DNA of 64,000 nt, taken from NCBI GenBank assembly GCA_041687695.1, contig JAWLBL010000004.1:160001-224000 (forward strand), written 5' to 3'. The notes under the pieces were generated by a model. The model searched no databases. It was not told the DNA's origin and was given only the letters and a program-made list of their open reading frames with translations. The translations under genes were made by a program, and so were the position numbers. Source of the DNA: Myxococcota bacterium (GTDB lineage: Bacteria > Myxococcota_A > UBA9042 > PHBI01 > JAWLBL01). Positions 36,805 through 45,295 of the stretch are shown here, in pieces; the stretch's first letter is position 1, and every line of letters begins with the position of its first letter.

Positions 36805-36940
36805 CGGCCAGGACGGCCAGCCAGCGCCTCGATGCACATCCCTTCGGCCGGAACGCGCCAGGGACGTCGCGGCCTCTCGGTGACCGACGCGCCAGGGACG
36901 CCGGCCGTTGCCCACGCGAGGGCCAGGTCCTCGCGTGCGC

Positions 36941-36975
36941 AAAACAAAAACCCGAACGGCCGAGGCCATCCGGGT
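36941..36975 (-). terminator. Intrinsic terminator of the minus-strand giant RNA
   Basis: Minus strand ACCCGGAUGGC-CUCG-GCCGUUCGGGU followed by UUUUGUUUU; two G-U pairs form only on the minus strand. Confidence 0.85.
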
Positions 36976-36985
36976 CTTTGGGGTT

Positions 36986-39136
36986 GACGAGCACAGCCCT
37001 GTGGGGTGTTCCCCTTCGAAGGGTCTCACGGCCTCCCAGCTGCCACGCCGATGTCACCATCGTCGCGGCCTCCTCTCATCGCGTTGGGCTCGACTTCAGA
37101 GTCTCGGGGTGCCTGCCTGGCGCCGCATGGGTTGAGCGCGCCCACCATGGCCTTGGAGCGAGCTCCGGCCTTCGTGGTCTGCAGCAGGTCACCTGGCGCC
37201 GATGAGGGCTCTCACCGTCGCCGTCCTCTCTTGTCGTTGGCCTCGCGTTCAGAGTTTGACCAGAAGCGTGTGTCCATGGCTCGTGACCTCGTCCTCACGA
37301 CCGTCACGATCCTCGCGTTCCCTTCCGTGCCGGCGCGGACGCCGACTTCCTCCATCTCTCTGACGACCCACCAGCTCGCGGAACCCGGGCTGCCGCCTCC
37401 GGCCCTCCCTGTCGGGAGCGCCGCGCCGTCGGCCAGGCCTCGAGGCGAACCTCTCGGCGTGTCCATCGGGCACGAGGCGAAGAACCAGGCGCCAGCGGAG
37501 TGCCTCGTGGCGCTCCGTGGGCGTCCGCTCGGGGGTCAGACGGCCGACGCGCGTCTCGGGTGGCGATCGACCCTCACAGCGTGAGCGCTGCGAGCGTACG
37601 ATCGAGACCCATGACATCGCGACGGGGTGGTGCGACCTAGGTCGCCTCCGCCATCGTCCGACTCGAGCGAGCTCCCGTCGGAACAGCTCCTCGCGTCCTC
37701 TCGCGCGCCTCGCAGGGGTGGGTCGGGGAGACCCCGCACCACCGTGTCCCGGTCAGACCGGGAGGCCGTGGAGACCACGTCCTCCTTGCCCTCCGCCCTC
37801 GCACCGACCAGCCGCGGAGCGGTGGTTCGATGGTCGAGCGCTCGGGCCTCGCGGACGTCTCCGTCCACGAGCGGCGTCGCCCTCCGACTTCAGCCTGCGA
37901 ACCACGCTCGGTGACCGCCAGGGCCCACCCGAAGGCGAACCGTGACGACCCGCGCGTCCCCTCGTGACCCCGCCGAAGCGGGATCCCCCATGACGCTCTC
38001 GACCGAACCGCCCGCCTCCCGGAGGAGACCCCGTCACTGCCTTGCGAGCAGGGGCGGGTGGCGACTCGAGCCTCGGACGAGCCTCGTGGGTCGATGGGAC
38101 CTGCCGACCAGAGCGCCGCCGCCGCGCCGGGACGAGTCCCGGGAGGCGATGCCGCGCTGGGCGACCGAGGAAGGACCGGCGAGCCGGGCCTTCGTGTCCG
38201 CGAACCGAAGCCATCGTGCGCTGCCTACCGAGCGTCCGAACCGTGGAGCCGTGGCGTCCGAGGGGAAACCCCCCGGCCGTTGCTCCCGCCGGATCGGCCG
38301 TCGACGAAGGCAGCCTGACGCGTGACGCATGCGAGCCGTCGATTGCTTCGGGGCCGGCGGACCGAGGTCCGCGTGGCCCCGCCGGGCCCTCGCCATCGTC
38401 CGGGTCTCCCCGGGGTCGCTGGCCAAGGCCGACGCGTGGAGCGGTCGAAGCGGCTGTCGCCGGTTCGAGCCGCGTTCCATGGGCTCGTGTGTCGCATTGA
38501 TGAGAGATGTCGGGCCGGAAAGGGTCGCTCGAATCGATCCGCTCGCGCGGACGCATCGGAGCCGGACGCCCTCCCTTGGGGTTTGGTACCCTTCGACGCT
38601 TGCGGAAGCGAGCAGCGACCCACACCGGGGTTGCCTCCCCCGGCTGAGCTGCGCCTTCAGGTTTTCTCAACCTCTTGACGCCTTGTTCCGCTCGCGACCT
38701 CTCCGGCCTTGTTTCATGCCGGTAACGCCCTTGGGCTTTGCACCTTCAGAGGGTTTCCCCCACCGGTAGCGGGCCTCGCCTCTCGACGACGCCTGCCCTT
38801 CTTGCCGTTCGAATGCCCGGATTCGACAGTAGCCAGGATACCGCTGTCCTCCGTGCCTCGACTTCAAGGATTTACGCATCCGATGGGTCCGTACCGTTCG
38901 GGCCGGTGTTACCCGGGCTCCGAAGGCCGATCCTCTCCTGGCGTTCACCTCTTCGAGGTGTTCCCCCCCTTGGCCTCGGCTTCATGTCTCCATGAAGCCT
39001 CCTCTCTTGGGCTTCGACACGACGCTGAACGGCGAACCGTCCATCGTCGTATGTGCTCTTCAAAGTTTTAAAGAACCAAGGGAGTGGCTTGCCTCTTGCG
39101 AGTGCTGCCGACCTCCATGAGGTTCGTGTCCTCGTC
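36986..39136 (-). ncRNA. Putative giant (~2.15 kb) multi-domain structured non-coding RNA
   Basis: No credible ORF or codon periodicity; terminal helix 39126-39136/36986-36994; nine GAA/A(A,U,G)G internal-loop helices; UUCG/CUCG/GNRA hairpins on the minus strand; terminator downstream. Confidence 0.75.
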
Positions 39137-39203
39137 GGTCCGCGCGAGGCGGGCCGTGTCGGACCTCCCTTGGGCCGCGCTCCCTGGCGTCAACCCTGAG
39201 GCG

Positions 39204-39233
39204 ATAGTGGATCGCCCGACGGAGCTGCCGCAA
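39204..39233 (-). promoter_or_regulatory. Candidate sigma70-type promoter for the giant RNA
   Basis: Minus strand TTGCGG-N18-CACTAT about 70 nt upstream of the terminal helix. Confidence 0.3.
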
Positions 39234-39256
39234 CCCGAATTTTCGGGGGGCGCCGG

Positions 39257-39320
39257 CTGTGGAAAACCAAGCTGTAGGGAAGTCGCGCACTTTCGCACCG
39301 TCTCCCCAAGTTGTCCACAG
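39257..39320. promoter_or_regulatory. Inverted pair of DnaA-box-like sites
   Basis: TGTGGAAAA (39258-39266; reverse complement TTTTCCACA) and TTGTCCACA (39311-39319). Confidence 0.55.
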
Positions 39321-39608
39321 GAAAGCCACACGTCCGCGCGATCGGCCTGCGCCGCACCCGGTGGCCGCGAGAGCATCGCAAGTGCCTGTTTTCACGTGCG
39401 ATCCGGGACGCGGCCCCGTGTCGCGCCGCAAAAGGGTGCCTCGGACGGCCACACGGGGCCGAAGGGCAGGGCGCGGACGCGGCGCCCTCGGGCGCGCTTC
39501 GGGGCGGGCGTTCGCGCGATGCCCACGCGCGATTGGCGTGATGGGGCGCCTGCGCGCGAAGCGCGTGATGGTTGACGGCGGAGGCGCGCGTCGCTACAGG
39601 CCAGCGCC

Positions 39609-40652
39609 ATGGACCTGCCCGGCTACCAGCTCGACGCGCTCCGCGTCCACCCCGGCCTCGTGCTCGCGCCCATGAGCGGCGTCACCGACTCGCCCTTTCG
39701 CCGCTTGGTCAAGGCGGCCAGCGGCGACGCCGTGGGCCTCGTCGTCAGCGAGTTCCTCTCGATCGAGGCGCTCACCCGCCGCGAGCTGCGCAGCATGGTC
39801 CGGCTGGCCTTCCACCCCGAGGAGCGGCCCGTCGGCATCCAGATCTTCGGCGCCGACCCGGTCAAGATGGCCGAGGCCGCCAAGATCGTCGAGGACGCCG
39901 GCGCGGATCTGGTCGACATCAACTGCGGCTGCCCGGCTCCCAAGGTCGTCAAGCGCGGCGGCGGCGCCGGCCTCCTCCGCACCCTGCCGGCGCTGGCCGA
40001 CATCCTGCGCGCCGTGGTCCCGGCGGTCTCGATCCCCGTCACCATCAAGATCCGCAACGGCTGGGACGAGCACACCATCAACGCCCACGACACCCTCGAG
40101 CTGGCGCAGGACTTCGGCGCGCGCGCGGTCGCGATCCACGGCCGCACCCGGATGCAGCTCTACCGCGGCGAGGCCGACTGGGACATCGTCGGCGCGCTCA
40201 AGCAGGCCTCGCGGCTGCCCATCATCGGCTCCGGCGACATCGCGACGCCCGCCGACGCCCGCCGGCGCCTGGCCGACACGGGCTGCGACGGCGTCATGGT
40301 CGGCCGGGGCGCCATCATGAACCCCTGGATCTTCCGCCAGGTCGCCGACGAGCTGGCCGGCCGCGCGCCCACGGTGCCGACCTGGCGCGACAAGATCGCG
40401 CTCCTCGAGCGCTACCGCCAGATGCTGACCGAGATCTACCCGCCCAAGGTCCTGCCGGGCCGGATGCGGATGATGCTCTCGCGCCTCATCAAGGGCTTCC
40501 CGGGCGCGGCCGAGGTCCGCCTGACCTGCGTCAAGATGGACGCGCCCGAGGCGATGCTGGCCACGCTGTCCGAGGCCTGCGAGCGCCTCGAGATCCTGGA
40601 CGCGCCGGCCGTCAGCGTAGACCCGCGCGCCGGCGTCGCCGAGGCGGCCTGA
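39609..40652 (+). CDS. dusB: tRNA-dihydrouridine synthase
   Basis: LAPMSGVTD, DINCGCP, IHGRT, GDI, MVGRG. Confidence 0.9.
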   Translation: MDLPGYQLDALRVHPGLVLAPMSGVTDSPFRRLVKAASGDAVGLVVSEFLSIEALTRRELRSMVRLAFHPEERPVGIQIFGADPVKMAEAAKIVEDAGADLVDINCGCPAPKVVKRGGGAGLLRTLPALADILRAVVPAVSIPVTIKIRNGWDEHTINAHDTLELAQDFGARAVAIHGRTRMQLYRGEADWDIVGALKQASRLPIIGSGDIATPADARRRLADTGCDGVMVGRGAIMNPWIFRQVADELAGRAPTVPTWRDKIALLERYRQMLTEIYPPKVLPGRMRMMLSRLIKGFPGAAEVRLTCVKMDAPEAMLATLSEACERLEILDAPAVSVDPRAGVAEAA

Positions 40653-40660
40653 GGGGCGCG

Positions 40661-41281
40661 TCAGACGGTCTTGGCCGCCGTCTTGCCCTTGGCGGCGCGG
40701 CGCTGGGTCAGCCAGCGCGCGGCGGCGACGCCGGCGACGAAGCCGAACAGGTGGGCCTCCCACGAGATGCGCGGATCGCTGGGCAGCACGCCCCAGATGA
40801 GCCCGCCGTAGGCGAAGCCGACCGCGACGGCGACCACGATGGCCTTGAGGCTGCGCTCGAACAGGCCGAGCCCGAGCAGGTAGCCCAGGTAGCCGAAGAT
40901 GACGCCGCTGGCGCCGATGTGGACCGCCATGCGCGCGAAGACCCACACGCCCAGGCCGCCGACCACGGTGATGAGCAGGCTCGCCAGGAAGAACTCGCCG
41001 CGGCCGCGGGTCAGGATGAGCCACCCGAGGACGGCGAAGGGGACGGTGTTGCTGGCGAGGTGGGCGAAGTCGCCGTGCAGGAAGGGCGCGGCCAGGATGC
41101 CGGTCAGCCCGTCGAGGTCGCGCGGGACGATGCCGAAGGCGTCGAGGGCGCTGGACAGGATCAGCTGGTCGACGATCTCGAGCACCCAGAACACCGCGAC
41201 GATGCTGCCGATGAGCGTCAGCTGGGCGCGGAGCGAGTTGTCCTCGGCGGGGGCGGGGCGCGAGCGCGGCTGGACGGTCAT
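40661..41281 (-). CDS. Rhomboid family protease
   Basis: APFLH, HLASN, GASG, SWEAHLFG. Confidence 0.9.
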   Translation of the reverse strand: MTVQPRSRPAPAEDNSLRAQLTLIGSIVAVFWVLEIVDQLILSSALDAFGIVPRDLDGLTGILAAPFLHGDFAHLASNTVPFAVLGWLILTRGRGEFFLASLLITVVGGLGVWVFARMAVHIGASGVIFGYLGYLLGLGLFERSLKAIVVAVAVGFAYGGLIWGVLPSDPRISWEAHLFGFVAGVAAARWLTQRRAAKGKTAAKTV

Positions 41282-41421
41282 GGGCGGCTCCTGGGTGGCC
41301 GGGGTGAGGGTGGGGCCGAGACCATAAACCGCCTCGGGGGCCGCGGCCATCCTGTCGCCGGGCGCTCGCGCGGTGGGTTGCGGTTGTCCGGGGGCCGGCG
41401 GGTGGCTAACGTGCGCCGCCT

Positions 41422-43056
41422 ATGGCCGCCTCCGCCCCGTCCGAGCGCCTCAACTACCTGGTCCCGAACGAGCCTCGGTGGCCCATCGATCCGGCCCGCC
41501 CGGTCATCGAGCTGCGCGGCGTCCAAAAGCGTTTCGGCGACGCGGTGGTGCTCGACGGGCTGGATCTGGCGGTCGAGACGGGCAAGACGACGGTCGTCGC
41601 CGGTCAGTCCGGTTCGGGCAAGTCGGTCCTGCTCAAGCTGATGAACGGCCTGCTGCTGCCCGACGAGGGGCAGGTGCTGCTGTTCGGCGAGGACACGCGC
41701 CAGGTCCCGCTGACGCGCCTGCTCGAGCTGCGCAAGCGCGTGACGATGATGTTCCAGAACTACGCGCTGATGGACTCGCTGACCGTCTCGCAGAACATCG
41801 GCTTCCCGCTGTACGTGAACGGCTCGATGCGCTGGCGCGAGATCCAGCCGCTGGTCGACGAGCTGCTCGAGCTGCTCGATCTGCAGGGCGCCGGAGGCAA
41901 GATGCCGTCGGAGCTGTCGGGCGGCATGAAGAAGCGCGTGAGCCTGGCCCGCGCGGTGGTCTCCAACCCCGAGGTCGTGCTGTTCGACGAGCCGACGACC
42001 GGCCTCGACCCGGTGATGATCGAGTTCGTCGACCAGCTCATCCGCCGGACGCGCGAGCGCTACGGCATCACCTCGGTCATCATCTCCCACGACACGACGT
42101 CGATCCTCGGGCTCGCCGACCGGCTGGCCATGCTCGAGCACGGCCGCATCCAGACCCTCGGCTCCGTCGACGAGGTCCGCGCGACGGGCGAGCCGCTGGT
42201 CGAGGCCTTCTTCGGCGGCGCCGGACGTCGCCTGACGGCCGGAGAGTCGGCGACCGAGGCCGAAGCGGCCGCGCGACGGGCCGAGGTCGAGCCGGCCGTC
42301 GAGGTGGTCGACCTGTACAAGAGCTTCGGCCCACACCAGGTGCTCCGCGGCGTCGACCTGAGCATCCCGAAGAACCGGATCACCGTCCTCATCGGCGGCT
42401 CCGGCAGCGGCAAGTCCGTGATCATGAAGCACATCATCGGCATCTTCAAACCCGACCGGGGGCAGGTGCTGGTGTTCGGCCGCGACATCACGCAGCTCGA
42501 CGACGCGGCGCTGCTCAAGCTCCGGACCCACTTCGGGATGCTCTTCCAGGGGGCGGCCCTGCTCGACGGCATGACCGTCGCCGAGAACGTGTCCTTCCCG
42601 CTCAAGGAGCGCGGGCTCGCGGCCGGCGAGGTGCGGGATCGCACGGCTCAGATCCTGGACCAGCTGAAGCTGACCGGCATCGCCAAGCGCTACCCGGCCG
42701 ACATTTCGAACGGCCAGAAGAAGCGCGTCGGCCTGGCCCGCGCCATCGTCACGCAGCCGCGCATCATGATCTACGACGAGCCGACGACCGGGCAGGACCC
42801 GGTGATGACGCGCTACGTCGACGACATGATCGTCGAGGCCCAGGAGCTGTTCGACATCACCAGCATCGTCGTCAGCCACGACATGGCGTCGACCTTCCGC
42901 GTCGCCCACCAGGTCGCGATGCTCTACAGGGGCGAGATCCGCGCCGTCGGCACGCCCGACGAGGTGCGCGCCAGCCCCGACCCGCAGGTGCGCCGCTTCA
43001 TCTTCGCCGGCACCCCCGAGGGCGACGCCGCCGCGCGCGAGCTGGGCGAGGCCTGA
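41422..43056 (+). CDS. ABC ATPase with two fused MlaF/Mkl-like nucleotide-binding domains
   Basis: Two GSGKS Walker A motifs; LSGGMKKRV and ISNGQKKRV; two DEPTTG.DP. Confidence 0.88.
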   Translation: MAASAPSERLNYLVPNEPRWPIDPARPVIELRGVQKRFGDAVVLDGLDLAVETGKTTVVAGQSGSGKSVLLKLMNGLLLPDEGQVLLFGEDTRQVPLTRLLELRKRVTMMFQNYALMDSLTVSQNIGFPLYVNGSMRWREIQPLVDELLELLDLQGAGGKMPSELSGGMKKRVSLARAVVSNPEVVLFDEPTTGLDPVMIEFVDQLIRRTRERYGITSVIISHDTTSILGLADRLAMLEHGRIQTLGSVDEVRATGEPLVEAFFGGAGRRLTAGESATEAEAAARRAEVEPAVEVVDLYKSFGPHQVLRGVDLSIPKNRITVLIGGSGSGKSVIMKHIIGIFKPDRGQVLVFGRDITQLDDAALLKLRTHFGMLFQGAALLDGMTVAENVSFPLKERGLAAGEVRDRTAQILDQLKLTGIAKRYPADISNGQKKRVGLARAIVTQPRIMIYDEPTTGQDPVMTRYVDDMIVEAQELFDITSIVVSHDMASTFRVAHQVAMLYRGEIRAVGTPDEVRASPDPQVRRFIFAGTPEGDAAARELGEA

Positions 43057-43198
43057 CGACGCCGGCCCCAACCCGGCGACACCCGACGCACAAGGTGACC
43101 CGGCCCCCGAGACGTGCTAGCAAGCCCGCCGGACGGAATAGCGGCCGCGGCGCTTCGCGTTGCTGACGGCTCGCGGAACCGGTCAGGAGTCGACCCGC

Positions 43199-44131
43199 AT
43201 GGTGCCCTACATCGACATCCCCTCGTACGACCTCGGCCCGCTGACGCTGCACCCCTTCGGGTTCCTCGTCGGCCTCGCCATCGTGCTCGGCACCATCGTC
43301 TCCGACCGACGCACGGCGCAGGTCGGGCTCGACACCCGCGTGTCGGCCGACGTCGCCCTGTGGGCCGTCATCCCGGGCTTCATCGTCGCCCACCTGTACT
43401 CGGTCATCTTCTACTTCCCCGAGAAGATCCTGGCCGACCCGCTGGTCCTGCTGAAGTTCTGGGAGGGCATCAGCTCCTTCGGCGGCTTCCTCGGCGGCGC
43501 GGGCGGCGTCATCGCCTACTTCAAGATCAAGAAGATCCCGTTCTGGCCGTACGCCGACTGCATCATCTACGGCTTCGCCTTCGCCTGGATCTTCGGACGC
43601 CTCGGCTGCACCGTCGCCCACGACCACCCGGGCATCCCGACCGACTTCTTCCTGGCCGTGAACTACCCGGCGACGCCCGAATACCCCGCGGGACCTCGCC
43701 ACGACCTGGGCTTTTACGAGTTCCTGTGGGCCATCGCCCTGTCGGCCTACTTCTACTCGCAGCGCCTCAAGCCCAAGTTCACCGGCTGGTACCTGGCGAC
43801 CTTCGTCATCGCCTACATGCCCATCCGCTTCCTGTTCGACTTCCTGCGCACGGCCGACATGCGCTACTTCGCGACCGTCGACGGTCAGCTCGTCCTGGCG
43901 CTCGACTCCAAGGCGCTGACCAGCGAGACGGTCGGCTTCGTCGGCTTCACGGCCGGCCAGTTCGCCGCGTTCGTGCTGTTCTTCGTGGGCATCTGGATGT
44001 GGCGCTACCGCTCGCGGGTCGGCGAGCTGCTGGTCCCCGACGGGCAGCCGCACCGCTTCGCCGACGGCACCCTCGCCAAGCCGGCGACCGCCGGGGGCGG
44101 GGCCGCCGCGAAGACGCGCAAGGCGCGCTGA
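43199..44131 (+). CDS. lgt: Prolipoprotein diacylglyceryl transferase
   Basis: GISSFGG, GRLGC..HDH, RH...YE, RF..DFLR. Confidence 0.85.
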   Translation: MVPYIDIPSYDLGPLTLHPFGFLVGLAIVLGTIVSDRRTAQVGLDTRVSADVALWAVIPGFIVAHLYSVIFYFPEKILADPLVLLKFWEGISSFGGFLGGAGGVIAYFKIKKIPFWPYADCIIYGFAFAWIFGRLGCTVAHDHPGIPTDFFLAVNYPATPEYPAGPRHDLGFYEFLWAIALSAYFYSQRLKPKFTGWYLATFVIAYMPIRFLFDFLRTADMRYFATVDGQLVLALDSKALTSETVGFVGFTAGQFAAFVLFFVGIWMWRYRSRVGELLVPDGQPHRFADGTLAKPATAGGGAAAKTRKAR

Positions 44132-44161
44132 GGCGCCAGGACGCGCCAGGCGCGCCGAGGC

Positions 44162-45295
44162 TCAGAAGCGGGCGGGTGAGAAGGCCGCGTCGAAGGGCGC
44201 GGCCGGTGCGCCGCGGGTCACGACGTCCGCGCCCAGCTCGCCCACGGCGGCCGACGTCGTCATGCCGTGGCCGCCCAGGCCCACGACCCAGGCCAGCCCG
44301 GCGAGGGTCGGGTCGCGGCCGACGATGAAGCGGCCGTCGGGCGTCATCGTGCGCAGGCCGGCCCACGAGCGCGTCGGCCGCACCCCCGCCAGGGCCGGGA
44401 CGTGGCGCGAGAACTTGTCGGCGAGCCGCTCGCGCTCGGTGGGGTCGACCGTCGGGAAGCGGGTCGAGTCCTCCGGCCAGCGCTCGCACGGCCAGGCGGT
44501 CTCGTCGCAGGCGCACAGCACGAAGCCCGGGCCCTCGGGGCGGAAGTACAGCCCGTGGGTGACGTCCCAGACGAAGGGCCAGCCGTGGTGCGGCGCCTCG
44601 AAGGCGGCCGTCGCGTGCAGGTGGCGCCGCACCGGGGTCAGGGGCAGGGGGGCGGCCCCGGCCAGCCGGGCGATCGCGTCGGCGGCGAAGCCCGCGGCGA
44701 CGACCAGGGCGTCGCAGGCCAGGGGGCCGGTGGTCGTCTGGACCCCCTGGACGCGACCGCCGGCGAGGTCGACCGCCGTGACCCGCGCGCCGTAGCGCAC
44801 GCGGGCGCCGCCGCGCCGGGCGACGGCCAGGTAGGCGGTCAGCAGGGCGTGGATGTCCGACACCCCGCAGGTCGGGCTGAACAGGCCAGCCTCGGCCGAG
44901 GCGCCGTCCAACACGGGCCAGCGGCGGGTCAGGGCGCCACGCGAGAGCCGCTCGAGCCCCTCGGGGCGGCGCGGGGCGGCCTCGGCGGCGGCGGCGAGGG
45001 TGTCGATGGCCGCGGCGTCGCCCAGCAGCAGGCCCCCGCGCCGATCGCGCAGCGTGAGGCCCTCGTCGACCTCGAGCGCGTCGATGAGCGCGACCGACCA
45101 GGTCGCGAGGTGGGTCATCAGCGGATCCTCGATGACCCGGCGGACCATCGCGGCGTTGCGGCCCGAGGCGTGCAGGCCGGGGATGGGCTCGGCCTCGACC
45201 AGCACGACGTCCCGGACGCCGCGCCGCGCGAGCGCCGCCGCCGTCGCCGCCCCGGCGAAGCCTGCCCCGATGATGACGACGTCCGCGCGCTCGAT
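44162..45295 (-). CDS. FAD-dependent oxidoreductase (DAO/glycine oxidase family); probable ATC start
   Basis: VVIIGAGFAG Rossmann motif lies in frame upstream of the first GTG; SGRNAA, WAGLR, GHG. Confidence 0.85.
   Translation of the reverse strand: MERADVVIIGAGFAGAATAAALARRGVRDVVLVEAEPIPGLHASGRNAAMVRRVIEDPLMTHLATWSVALIDALEVDEGLTLRDRRGGLLLGDAAAIDTLAAAAEAAPRRPEGLERLSRGALTRRWPVLDGASAEAGLFSPTCGVSDIHALLTAYLAVARRGGARVRYGARVTAVDLAGGRVQGVQTTTGPLACDALVVAAGFAADAIARLAGAAPLPLTPVRRHLHATAAFEAPHHGWPFVWDVTHGLYFRPEGPGFVLCACDETAWPCERWPEDSTRFPTVDPTERERLADKFSRHVPALAGVRPTRSWAGLRTMTPDGRFIVGRDPTLAGLAWVVGLGGHGMTTSAAVGELGADVVTRGAPAAPFDAAFSPARF

Noticed and set aside
36986..39136. rRNA, group I/II intron, RNase P, tmRNA or IS element as the identity of the structured region
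   Set aside because: I found no universal 16S/23S motifs, no group II domain V or boundary motifs, no interrupted host gene, no RT, transposase or endonuclease ORF and no terminal inverted repeats. Judged by eye; cmscan is needed to be sure.
39257..39330. Replication origin (oriC)
   Set aside because: Only two good DnaA boxes, no AT-rich unwinding element, no dnaA/dnaN/gidA neighbours, no clean skew switch
36757..39675. About 25 short ORFs in all six frames across the gap
   Set aside because: Rich in Arg/Pro/Ser/Gly, no domain motifs, no codon periodicity; better explained as incidental frames over a structured RNA
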